In this document: in pieces, positions 28,383-36,912 of the stretch
How the letters are laid out: each line of letters begins with the position of its first letter
How positions within the stretch are numbered: the first letter of the stretch is position 1
Virus record (IMG/VR): IMGVR_UViG_3300020045_005581
Span: 1-48,920 of that record
Source: a virus
Taxonomy: Duplodnaviria; Caudoviricetes
DNA length: 48,920 nucleotides
Direction: 5' to 3' (one strand)
Program-made: the position numbers and the translations under genes
Notes under the pieces: generated by a model
What the model was told of the DNA's origin: nothing
The model's input: only the letters and a program-made list of their open reading frames with translations
Databases searched by the model: none

Positions 28383-28814
28383 TTAGAACATATTAGGATT
28401 AATTTCATCAGTCTCATACACTCCAGCGATGTTTTCAAGGATTGCAACTCTTTTTTCTAGTTCTTTAAGTGCGTCTGGAGATGCTTGAGGAACTGGCTCT
28501 GGTGCTGTTGGATTAGGTTTAGTGTAAGTTTCCTTGTTTGAAATAAAATACTTGACTAATCTCTCGGTGTAGTTGATTAATTTTCCTTGATCATTAGTGA
28601 AAGATTTCTTTGTCTCTGATACATTTACTTGGTATTGGTTTCCGGCACTAACTCTAAGGTCTTGGAATTGGGTAAAAGCTTTTGTAAGTTCTCCGTCTTG
28701 TTTTCTTTTGTAGAATGAATATTTTTCATTACCACATTTCAGTACTACTCTTTTTTCAGTATCTTCTACTGACTCTACCTTAATTACTTTGTCAATTACG
28801 TCTGTTGTTTCCAT
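28383..28814 (-). CDS. Hypothetical protein, possible ssDNA-binding OB fold
   Basis: Beta-rich N-terminus, Pro-rich linker, acidic tail ending in Phe. Confidence 0.45.
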   Translation of the reverse strand: METTDVIDKVIKVESVEDTEKRVVLKCGNEKYSFYKRKQDGELTKAFTQFQDLRVSAGNQYQVNVSETKKSFTNDQGKLINYTERLVKYFISNKETYTKPNPTAPEPVPQASPDALKELEKRVAILENIAGVYETDEINPNMF

Positions 28815-28817
28815 GTT

Positions 28818-29213
28818 TTATTTTATTAATTTTTTAGTTATTTTAGTTTCGACCTTTACTTCGTGCTTTGCTTTTATCTCGTAAATAATTATTGATTCTT
28901 TCTGTAGTGAATCTTCTTCTTCGACTAACTCTTTAATTCTTTCATCAACTTCTTTCATCGTTTCAAACTCTTCAATCGGATCTTCGTCAAGGTCATATTT
29001 TAGAAGAAAGTTTACTTTTTTGGCTTTTCCATTAGCCTTTCTAATTAATTCACAATATCCATCTTCCATTTCAGAAAGCATGAAATCAATAGGGCTATTT
29101 CCATCGTCAAAAATTACGTTATTTTTGTCTATTCTTGTGACTGTAACATTGTCATCGTCACAATTAAATTTAAACACTGCTCCCACTTTTATATCTTCTT
29201 TTTTAAATTTCAT
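28818..29213 (-). CDS. Hypothetical protein
   Basis: 131-aa ORF, tightly packed in the operon. Confidence 0.6.
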   Translation of the reverse strand: MKFKKEDIKVGAVFKFNCDDDNVTVTRIDKNNVIFDDGNSPIDFMLSEMEDGYCELIRKANGKAKKVNFLLKYDLDEDPIEEFETMKEVDERIKELVEEEDSLQKESIIIYEIKAKHEVKVETKITKKLIK

Positions 29214-29230
29214 ATTTTTTTACTTATTAA

Positions 29231-29551
29231 TTAAAATGGTGTTCCATTAATTTTAGTTTCTAATTCTTCGATTTTCTTTCCCTGAACCTCAATCATTTTT
29301 TCCATCGCTCTAGTTGTCATTCTTCTCATCACTTTACCGGGGTTCTTGAATGATTCAATGATGTGATCGACCTCTTCTTCACATCTTTTATACAATTCTT
29401 CTGAAACTTCTTTTATCTCATCATCAGTTGCTCCCGGTTTCATGATAGCCTTGTAAGATGAAAACTGCGTCATTGGTTCATATTGAGCCAATTGGATTGT
29501 TCTAGAATATGACCTAGACACTTCAACGCTTTCTACTTTTTTCAAGTTCAT
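29231..29551 (-). CDS. Hypothetical protein
   Basis: 106-aa ORF. Confidence 0.6.
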   Translation of the reverse strand: MNLKKVESVEVSRSYSRTIQLAQYEPMTQFSSYKAIMKPGATDDEIKEVSEELYKRCEEEVDHIIESFKNPGKVMRRMTTRAMEKMIEVQGKKIEELETKINGTPF

Positions 29552-29739
29552 ACATTGTTTTTTTAATTTCGTTAATACCTGCTTTTGTTATTATTATTTC
29601 TTTTGATAGTTCTTTTAAGCATTTTTTCCAGTAGATACAATTACTATTACATGTATTCTTCACTCCTTGTCTGATTCCTCTTTCCTTGGGGGAACATCTG
29701 ATTAAAACTGTCATTTTATTTTTTTATTATTACTATACC

Positions 29740-29768
29740 AGTATAGCATACTTTTTTATATTTGTCAA
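29740..29768 (-). promoter_or_regulatory. Sigma70-type promoter
   Basis: TTGACA-17 bp-TATACT with extended -10 TG. Confidence 0.75.
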
Positions 29769-29799
29769 ATTTAAGAGGGAATATACAGTCCCTCATCTG

Positions 29800-29994
29800 T
29801 CAGGCATTGCCTGTCCTCATTCTTAGGAGAGTAGATTTGCAATCATCGCAAACACCCATTGGTATAAGCCTATCAGCCTCAACACATAAAGTGCATTTAT
29901 AGCAGTTATGGCAAGTATGAATAGTGTTATTAATGTAACAACCAAGAGTGTTTTCACCGCAGACCTCACAGATACGAATTAAAATAACGTCCAT
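29800..29994 (-). CDS. Small Cys-rich protein
   Basis: Four CxxC motifs. Confidence 0.55.
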   Translation of the reverse strand: MDVILIRICEVCGENTLGCYINNTIHTCHNCYKCTLCVEADRLIPMGVCDDCKSTLLRMRTGNA

Positions 29995-29998
29995 AGCG

Positions 29999-30283
29999 TC
30001 ACCGATAACTCGTTAGTTTTCCATCCTTACTCAACCGCCAATTTATTTCATCTTTCATGCAACCACGAATGTAGAAGCAGTTTTGGCAGTATTGGTAGGC
30101 GTACTGTAATCCGGCTGGAATACACCCTCTGTGTCCCTCCCAGTCAATAAAGGTTTCATGTACATGCTCTCTAGGAGGCATATCTTTCATTACCTTAGCA
30201 AATTGCCAAGCTAAGTCGTCTAGTTTAGATTTTGTCAGACCAAGCCCTTTGCTTTTTTTTGGTTTTCTTGGTTTTTTACCCAT
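29999..30283 (-). CDS. Small basic Cys-containing protein
   Basis: 94 aa; overlaps the upstream gene; AAGGTG SD-like sequence. Confidence 0.55.
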   Translation of the reverse strand: MGKKPRKPKKSKGLGLTKSKLDDLAWQFAKVMKDMPPREHVHETFIDWEGHRGCIPAGLQYAYQYCQNCFYIRGCMKDEINWRLSKDGKLTSYR

Positions 30284-30479
30284 GACTCACCTTTTGTGAT
30301 CCAGAGATTAACAGTGTTTTAATTCTGTTAATTCTACCCGATTGACTCACGCATGTTGGGCATTGAGTAATTGCACATGGTTTACGCAGTCTCCTGGCGA
30401 TTTCGGTCACATCTTCATTTCCCTCGTTCCAGCCATCGCCAGTATCAATCTGATTGTGTGCTATGCAGAGTAAAATCAT
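30276..30479 (-). CDS. Small Cys/His protein
   Basis: CIAH...CPTC; AGGAG SD; ATGA overlap. Confidence 0.55.
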   Translation of the reverse strand: MILLCIAHNQIDTGDGWNEGNEDVTEIARRLRKPCAITQCPTCVSQSGRINRIKTLLISGSQKVSHG

Positions 30480-30679
30480 TTGTTTCTCCTGTCTATAATT
30501 CTTTGCATTTCTCCTGTGAAGTGTTCATCGCAGAAGCCAGTGGAGCACGGGTTTGTAGGTGTTGGACATACCTTTTGGGTACAAGTTGAACAGTAGAGTT
30601 TTTTGGGTTCACGTTCTGAGTCAAAACAATTTACTATAAACTTGCAAATCATACACTCGGTCAACATTACTTGTCTCAT
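30476..30679 (-). CDS. Small Cys-rich protein
   Basis: CMIC, CSTC and CDEH; AAGGAG SD. Confidence 0.6.
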   Translation of the reverse strand: MRQVMLTECMICKFIVNCFDSEREPKKLYCSTCTQKVCPTPTNPCSTGFCDEHFTGEMQRIIDRRNK

Positions 30680-30872
30680 TTTTATCTCCTTTTTTAAAGA
30701 ACTAATTTATATATCTTCTCCTAAGTACTAAAATAATTATCAATAAACAGTGCTAGAATAAATATAGTTGGGATTGATTGCATTACTGTCTTTAATTCTA
30801 TTTCTGTAAAAAATCCAAGTATGTAACAAAAAATACTCAAAACTCCAGCTACTTCCATTATTTTGCTCATAA

Positions 30873-31037
30873 CTATTTTTGGTTAATTAGGTTTATTATT
30901 CGAGTTTTTCCCCAGTTATAAAAAATATCTTTACTTTTAATTTCTTCTACCAATTCATCTTTCAGTTCTTGGCGAGCTTGGTTTTTAGCTTCTTCTATTA
31001 TTTTATCAAGTTCTTCTTGCGATAAAAAATTATCCAT
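30873..31037 (-). CDS. Hypothetical 54-aa protein
   Basis: My translation: MDNFLSQEELDKIIEEAKNQARQELKDELVEEIKSK...INQK*. Confidence 0.55.
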   Translation of the reverse strand: MDNFLSQEELDKIIEEAKNQARQELKDELVEEIKSKDIFYNWGKTRIINLINQK

Positions 31038-31446
31038 ATTTTTTGTTTAGTCAGTTAAAATATCATTCCAAAAATCTTGTTCGGCTTGTGCTTCATATTC
31101 ATCTTCAAGAGATAAAATTTCTTCTTCCATATTTTTATTCCTAATAATATTTATTATTCGTTCCTTCTATATTGTGAGCATTTTTTATCATCAAAAAATC
31201 TTGGGTCTTTTCTTTCAGCTTTACTGTCTTTATTTTCGCATACACCAGAAGTCCAATTTTGTTCACTTTTTCTTTTATAAAATCTACAACTAATACATTT
31301 ACCTTTGGTTGATGATGTTGATTCAAATATACTCATAACTTTTTTATTAGTGATATTATTTCCTCTCTTTCGGCCATAGCACTTGGGTGAGTTGGCCTGC
31401 TAGTTATTTCTTCAACCAATTCATCTTTCAGTTCTTGGCGAGCTTG
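30940..31446. repeat. 41-bp direct repeat, copies at 30940-30980 and 31406-31446
   Basis: ATTTCTTC[T/A]ACCAATTCATCTTTCAGTTCTTGGCGAGCTTG, one mismatch. Confidence 0.9.
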
Positions 31447-31803
31447 TCCTATAAGATATTTTGTCACTTCTCCCTTTAGGGCGTATTCGTACCCCTCTCG
31501 TTTTCCTATGCTTTCAGATTTTTCTTTTTCTTGTTTTATAAATTTAATAATATCTCCCATATTCCAATCATATCCAAATTCTCCATTTTCAGGAAATTTT
31601 TCATAAAATACATTTTCCCACTCCTGCGGTTCGGTTTCTGTAAGCAATCCAACACCAGTGCTTAATCTTCTCTCCTGCGGTTCGGTGGGGGTTTCTTTTT
31701 GTTCTTCCACCACATCACAAGGATTATGGCACTTATGGCAGACGTAGTATTTAGTTGTATTTCCGCTTACGCTAGCTAGAGCGTTACAGCATTTTGATTT
31801 CAT
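31333..31803 (-). CDS. Mosaic hypothetical protein with an N-terminal zinc-binding motif
   Basis: MKSKCC...CHKCHNPC. Confidence 0.6.
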   Translation of the reverse strand: MKSKCCNALASVSGNTTKYYVCHKCHNPCDVVEEQKETPTEPQERRLSTGVGLLTETEPQEWENVFYEKFPENGEFGYDWNMGDIIKFIKQEKEKSESIGKREGYEYALKGEVTKYLIGQARQELKDELVEEITSRPTHPSAMAEREEIISLIKKL

Positions 31804-31807
31804 AGGG

Positions 31808-32308
31808 TTATTTTAATAAATTAGGATTTTCGTAGATGTTTCCGATTACTTCAATGATATTTTCATCAGCCCTTGAATCTAAAAACGAATTGAGTGTTAA
31901 AATAGATGATGAAGAATATGGCGGTTGATTTTTTCTAGTCAAGTCTATTGTTCTTTCTGAAATAACACCAGTATCTTCATCAAAGTATATTTCACAATTA
32001 TCTATTAAATCCGTATCGGTCTGAGGATGTCCTGGACAATACCAATTTGTACGAGTGTGCTGAATAATATCCCCCTCATAAATATCTTTTTCGTTTTTGT
32101 CTTTGAGGCCTGTAAACTGTCCAACACTTTCTGGTTCAACACGAAACCTACTATTTAAATTCCAGTCAGAAAAACTATGTATAAAATACTCGTCATTATT
32201 AGAACTACACGCATTAACAACTTCAAGATAACCATAAATCCATCTTTCACCGTCAAATTCTTTTCCTCTAAATTTTATTACTCTTTGGTTGCAACAAGAT
32301 GATTTCAT
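31808..32308 (-). CDS. YopX family protein
   Basis: IKFRG...GQFTGLKDKNEKDIYEGDI...EVIGNIYENPNLL. Confidence 0.9.
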   Translation of the reverse strand: MKSSCCNQRVIKFRGKEFDGERWIYGYLEVVNACSSNNDEYFIHSFSDWNLNSRFRVEPESVGQFTGLKDKNEKDIYEGDIIQHTRTNWYCPGHPQTDTDLIDNCEIYFDEDTGVISERTIDLTRKNQPPYSSSSILTLNSFLDSRADENIIEVIGNIYENPNLLK

Positions 32309-32328
32309 ATTATTATTTACTTAATTTT

Positions 32329-32517
32329 TTAAAACTGCCACCATTTTCTTTCTTGTATTTTAAATGTATCTATGCCTTGCATAAAACTCTTTTTCCATTC
32401 TTCTTTGGATATATTGGGTCTCACATTATAAGTGCATTTAATTCCGTTCCCAATGTCTATTGTTCCAGCACCTTCTTCCCATAAAAAATCTAAATCAATG
32501 TTGCTTGTAAATCCCAT
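32329..32517 (-). CDS. Hypothetical protein
   Basis: Start trimmed to MGFTSN; the longer track ORF runs through a structured intergenic element. Confidence 0.5.
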   Translation of the reverse strand: MGFTSNIDLDFLWEEGAGTIDIGNGIKCTYNVRPNISKEEWKKSFMQGIDTFKIQERKWWQF

Positions 32518-32559
32518 ATATTTATTCTTAATAATTATAAAATCTACTTCCTTGCAATC

Positions 32560-32848
32560 TAAATGTATGGGGCGAAGATTTGACGAGGGCTTATATACAC
32601 TTACCGCATAATATATAAGTTTGCAAAATCGGAACATTCTCGTATAGTCACTTCGTTGTACAAAACATTACTACCTCACCACCCATACATTTAAATAACA
32701 ATCTAACAATTACACACAACATTTCTATGACCTTTTATCCCATTGACTTGCTGGGTACCATAAGGACTTTCAACCCGTGTATCTTGGGGATATAGTTATT
32801 ATCCCTGCACGCCGATTATTAGGGCGAATCAGTTGTGGGTATATGTTA
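32560..32848 (-). ncRNA. Two adjacent stem-closed structured intergenic elements (candidate ncRNAs)
   Basis: Perfect 12-bp IR at 32560-32571/32682-32693, imperfect 17-bp IR at 32704-32720/32832-32848, with internal hairpins. Confidence 0.4.
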
Positions 32849-32849
32849 A

Positions 32850-33095
32850 TTAGTAATTCTTTGGATCTAACTTATACCACCATGTTGCTGAGAAATTTTT
32901 TCCATAATTACATTCTCCATAAAATACTTTTAATTCATCTGTTTTCATACATGACATCTTAATAGCTACAAATTTTGGACTCAAAGGTTTGTATTTTCCT
33001 CTTTCTGAGTTTAACCGGGTAACAAATTGATCTATCCAATAAGCCCTGTCTGAGTTTATGTTTGTTTTTTTTATTTGGTAGTTTGATAAGTCCAT
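32850..33095 (-). CDS. Hypothetical protein
   Basis: Probable start MDLSNY. Confidence 0.6.
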   Translation of the reverse strand: MDLSNYQIKKTNINSDRAYWIDQFVTRLNSERGKYKPLSPKFVAIKMSCMKTDELKVFYGECNYGKNFSATWWYKLDPKNY

Positions 33096-33108
33096 GATAG
33101 CATATTTT

Positions 33109-33318
33109 TTAATTATTGTCAAGCTTACATCCCATCTCATTAATAGCGTATTTTATAAGGGAGTTTGGTTCTTTCAATTTTTTAATAACTCTTTCAATCT
33201 TTTCACGGTCTTTCTTTTCTAGCATCCACGCACCCATAGAGTAGGTTTTAACCATCAAATCAAATTGACCCTTCGAGTACATTTCCCTCAGCTTGTTCAG
33301 CAACTCTTGGCTCTGCAT
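33109..33318 (-). CDS. Hypothetical protein
   Basis: 69-aa ORF. Confidence 0.5.
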   Translation of the reverse strand: MQSQELLNKLREMYSKGQFDLMVKTYSMGAWMLEKKDREKIERVIKKLKEPNSLIKYAINEMGCKLDNN

Positions 33319-33523
33319 ATTTTTTTTCTAGGTCAATTAACATTTCTATAAAGTGCTTAGCTTTTTCGAGATCAGCTACTCCACCTTTATTTCTCCATCT
33401 TGACACATACTTAATGATAGCTCCTTCCATAAAAGGAATTTTATTAGCGTAACAATATTCTACTACTTGGATTTTCATGTCTTTGTAGTGGTTTCCATTT
33501 ACCTGTTTTTTTAGTGATTCCAT
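33260..33523 (-). CDS. DUF3310-family protein
   Basis: QVNGNHY...IQ...EGAIIKYVSRWRNKGGVADLEKA. Confidence 0.85.
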   Translation of the reverse strand: MESLKKQVNGNHYKDMKIQVVEYCYANKIPFMEGAIIKYVSRWRNKGGVADLEKAKHFIEMLIDLEKKYAEPRVAEQAEGNVLEGSI

Positions 33524-33753
33524 TATTTTAATTTAATATCTTTTAAAAAATCTTCGTAGTTTTCTCTTTTATATGCCTCTTCGTTTGGAAAACCATCTTC
33601 TCCTTCTGATTCTATTCCTTTTCCGTCAAGCCATTTTCTATATTTTCCCAACATTTCAGTCTTACTTCCAGATATTTCCATTAGCATTTCGTTAAAAATA
33701 ACTGCTTTGTTAAATTTTTGTTCATCTGTTATTTTTGCCATATTAGTTATCAC
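33523..33753 (-). CDS. Hypothetical protein
   Basis: 76-aa ORF coupled to its neighbours. Confidence 0.55.
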   Translation of the reverse strand: MITNMAKITDEQKFNKAVIFNEMLMEISGSKTEMLGKYRKWLDGKGIESEGEDGFPNEEAYKRENYEDFLKDIKLK

Positions 33754-35026
33754 TCTCTAAATCAGAGACTCCCTTGTCAAGAAGTTTTGTCTCGTATTCC
33801 AAGAACTTGTTACTTTTTAATTTATATGCTTCAAACTGGAACATCTTTTCTTTTCTTACAACGATTCCTTCCTCTGGAACTTTATTCTTACACATATAAC
33901 AGTCTTTTTCGGTGTACATATCCTCTAATACTTCCACTAAATCACTATTGAATGTTTCTGAGTTTGCTATTACATGGCTAGCTTTACCAATAAATAAGTA
34001 AGGAACATGTTTTAACCCAAAGTGGTTACAAAATTCTATTATTTGTTCTGTACTTAGATTATTAACCACTCCATCTGAATTAGTAGTTGTGATTCTATAA
34101 ATATAAGTCTCATTTTTTCCTACTTCACAACCATAATCATATCCTTCTTGGATGTAAGCTCCTCCTTCAGTATAACCTACTATTTCGTAGTACAATGTGA
34201 AAGATTTTGGAATAAATTCTTTGAACTCATCTTTAACTTTTCCCCATAGGTCTTCTTTATAGAAATCCATTTTACCTTGTGTTTCGTACTCGTTCTTAAC
34301 CACTTTCCGGCTGCCATACACTAAGTCGTATTCTTCTGTTTCAATTTTTACAAAATGTTTGAGAATTTTTTCCAGTAGATTAAGTTTTCTTTTAACTTTA
34401 ACGAATGAACACCATCCAGAAGTTCCATGTAGTTTGTAAGAGATTGAGATGCGATCATCCTGGTGAATCTTATAGGCTTCTTTCCGTAAATTCTCGGTTG
34501 ATACGTGTAGATGCACTTGACCTTCTACCAGTCTTGAAATACGTGGTTTTTTACCTTTAGGGATATTCTGTCCGATCTCTTTCTTTTTAATCTCATACTT
34601 CTTGACCATTAAAATATCTCCGATGGTATCAAATTCATTACCAATAATATCTTCAATGTTTCCAAATGTCCCTGTGAAAGATGCTACTATGTGTAGGGGT
34701 ACAATATACCCCAGTGAATATTCACCCCTTAATTTAACCGCCTTGACTCTTCCGTTTTTGTCAAAGAATCCTTTTTTAGTAGCGTCAGCGTTTAAAAGTT
34801 CTGATGAGAATGAGTTTGTTTCTCTTAGGAAGTCTAGGTTAATTTGACACTCGACCGGAAAGTATACATAAATATCTCCCACCTTGGCATCCATTCCTGT
34901 TACAACGTCTTGGAAGTCTACAGTAACTAATTGAAGTGAGTCAGCGTTAGGATGTTTTCTGATTTTTTCTATTCTAATTATTCTAGCGAGATAATTTGCG
35001 TTTGCTGTTTTTGAAATTTTTAACAT
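33743..35026 (-). CDS. ATP-dependent RNA ligase (DRB0094/Rnl5-like, N-terminal OB-like domain)
   Basis: HPNADSL N-terminus; motif I KLHGTS, YGSR, YYEIVG, EEGIVVR, YKLKS. Confidence 0.85.
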   Translation of the reverse strand: MLKISKTANANYLARIIRIEKIRKHPNADSLQLVTVDFQDVVTGMDAKVGDIYVYFPVECQINLDFLRETNSFSSELLNADATKKGFFDKNGRVKAVKLRGEYSLGYIVPLHIVASFTGTFGNIEDIIGNEFDTIGDILMVKKYEIKKKEIGQNIPKGKKPRISRLVEGQVHLHVSTENLRKEAYKIHQDDRISISYKLHGTSGWCSFVKVKRKLNLLEKILKHFVKIETEEYDLVYGSRKVVKNEYETQGKMDFYKEDLWGKVKDEFKEFIPKSFTLYYEIVGYTEGGAYIQEGYDYGCEVGKNETYIYRITTTNSDGVVNNLSTEQIIEFCNHFGLKHVPYLFIGKASHVIANSETFNSDLVEVLEDMYTEKDCYMCKNKVPEEGIVVRKEKMFQFEAYKLKSNKFLEYETKLLDKGVSDLESDN

Positions 35027-35027
35027 A

Positions 35028-35873
35028 TTAAAATTCTATATCAAATTGATTAGCATCTAGTACAAATAGTCCTTCTTGTACCCACATCCGCTTGACTTGC
35101 TTGCGATCATCTAGTACGAATGTAACATTATATCGACCTTTAATGTGTTCCTCATATAGTTCTTTTTTAACAATATAATCAGCTCTTTTATCCCCATTCT
35201 TACGCATAAATAACTGTCCATTCCATAATCCTTTATCGACTAACCATTTTTCAGTTACTCCTCGATATTCCTCATCCCTTCCAGAAAGAAATATAACCTT
35301 AACGAGTCCTCCTAAATATTGTCTTACTACATCTGCTACAGGCTCTATAACTGTGTCTAGGTGGGCTTTTGATCCATCATATATGTTTCGGTCACCACAT
35401 TGGGCTATCGTTCCGTCTATATCGCAAATTATGCACTCAGGGAGTCCGGGTATAAATTTTTTAGGTTCAGGTTTTAGGTATTTCTCAAACATGTTAATTA
35501 TAACCTTTTTACCGACTGGATTTTCTCTCTTAGAGTCTCGTAAAATACATTCTCCTAATGGAGTATCAATAAATTTTTCTTCTAGTTCGTATTCATAATC
35601 ATTTTCATGTTCAAAAATTAATCCTTGTATGTGTTCCTTATGTTTTGGATCAAAATTTGTGTCATCAATAACTATATTATGACCTAACGCCATAAATAGT
35701 CCTATCATTTCATCTCTAGCGTGCAAAATTATTTTCTCATTACCCTTACTCCATTTTCCGTTATCAATCATCATTCTTAAATCATCCTTATTAATTCGTT
35801 TATAACCAAGTTCTTTAGCGTAAGTTGATTTTCCACTCGCCGGTAGGCCACTAAGTAGTAGTATTTTTTTCAT
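35028..35873 (-). CDS. pseT: Polynucleotide 5'-kinase/3'-phosphatase (T4 Pnk-like)
   Basis: GLPASGKST P-loop, INKDDLR, HAD motif DIDGT, LSGR, DDRKQV. Confidence 0.9.
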   Translation of the reverse strand: MKKILLLSGLPASGKSTYAKELGYKRINKDDLRMMIDNGKWSKGNEKIILHARDEMIGLFMALGHNIVIDDTNFDPKHKEHIQGLIFEHENDYEYELEEKFIDTPLGECILRDSKRENPVGKKVIINMFEKYLKPEPKKFIPGLPECIICDIDGTIAQCGDRNIYDGSKAHLDTVIEPVADVVRQYLGGLVKVIFLSGRDEEYRGVTEKWLVDKGLWNGQLFMRKNGDKRADYIVKKELYEEHIKGRYNVTFVLDDRKQVKRMWVQEGLFVLDANQFDIEF

Positions 35874-35874
35874 T

Positions 35875-36400
35875 TTATTTTAATTGCATATCTTGCAATA
35901 TTATTGGTTGTTTAAAAATATTTACCCCAAAATAACTAGCTTTAAATGTTGGTTGTTTCCCTACCTCGCCAGTAACTTTATTAAAAAATCTCATTCTACG
36001 ACTAGGAATTAGTAATTGCAACTCTCTCTCTCTCTTTCATTGTTGTGTTTATAACACTATCGGAAAGAATATTAAGTGGTAGCAGTAACGCAAATGGTTT
36101 TTTAAGATCTAAGCATCTCTCCCAAAAAGAACGTTTATTTTTGTATGGAGGGTTACTTATAATTACATCCCATGTTTCTGGCTCATAAGTGAAGAAATCT
36201 TGACCATTTTCTATGTGAGAATAAATTACATTAAAGCCTTCGTCACTTAATATATGCACAAATAAACTATCTTCTTTATCGAATGGACACCAAATTATTT
36301 TATCTTTCAGGTGTTGGATATGTGGAAGCAACACCTCTACTCCATAACTAGGTGTGTATTGTTCATCCCCTCCTCCTTGTGCGTAATATACTTGGCTCAT
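35875..36400 (-). pseudogene. N6-adenine methyltransferase-like gene, frameshifted at an (AG)n tract
   Basis: DEQYTP, IWCPFD, GQDFF, SNPPY and PFALLLP in frame 1. The continuation LQLLIPSRRMRFF...FKASYFG...QLK* lies in another frame after the 13-nt tract at 36022-36034. Confidence 0.75.
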
Positions 36401-36420
36401 ATTATTATTTTTATTAAAAT

Positions 36421-36567
36421 TTATCTACCTTTTTCTAATTCATACTCTTTTTTAAACTCATCTTTTTCCATTTCTTCTAATGACGTGTGTTCACCACAAT
36501 GTGGGCATATTTCAGTATCTTCATATACTCCACTCATTTCAGCTCCACAACAATTTGACACTAACAT
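36421..36567 (-). CDS. Small zinc-ribbon protein (48 aa)
   Basis: My translation: MLVSNCCGA...ICPHCGEH... Confidence 0.55.
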   Translation of the reverse strand: MLVSNCCGAEMSGVYEDTEICPHCGEHTSLEEMEKDEFKKEYELEKGR

Positions 36568-36782
36568 AATGTTTCGATAAAATTAACTGCTTGCCTGACT
36601 GTTTTAAACCCTGTCAATTTTGTTCCAACATTACTGATAGAATAAATATGGACTTTTGGTTTTAATGTTTGTTCAATTTTAATTTTATATCCTAAGTGAA
36701 TTTTACTACTACAACCCTTTCTAATTCCTACTATTCTTTTTAAATACATGCTTTGTTGTGAGCTAATTCTTGCTTTTGCCAT
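36561..36782 (-). CDS. Hypothetical basic protein
   Basis: 73-aa ORF. Confidence 0.5.
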   Translation of the reverse strand: MAKARISSQQSMYLKRIVGIRKGCSSKIHLGYKIKIEQTLKPKVHIYSISNVGTKLTGFKTVRQAVNFIETLC

Positions 36783-36912
36783 ATTTTTTTAATAAATTAT
36801 TAAATGTATAATTCCAAGTTCCTTTTTTTATGTTCAGTAGTTTTTTAAAAACTTCATCACTTATTCTAAATTGTCTTTTTTTGTGAAAACGCTTTTTTAT
36901 TTCTTTTTCCAT
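36763..36912 (-). CDS. Small ribbon-helix-helix-like protein (49 aa)
   Basis: My translation: ...KRQFRISDEVFKKLLNIKKGTWNYTFNNLL... Confidence 0.45.
   Translation of the reverse strand: MEKEIKKRFHKKRQFRISDEVFKKLLNIKKGTWNYTFNNLLKKYGKSKN

Noticed and set aside
30940-31446. DGR template/variable repeat pair
   Set aside because: Only 41 bp with one mismatch, and there is no reverse transcriptase in the window.
32560-32848. Hammerhead ribozyme or tRNA call
   Set aside because: CTGATT and GAAA are present but not in the CUGANGA/GAAA stem arrangement, and no cloverleaf forms.
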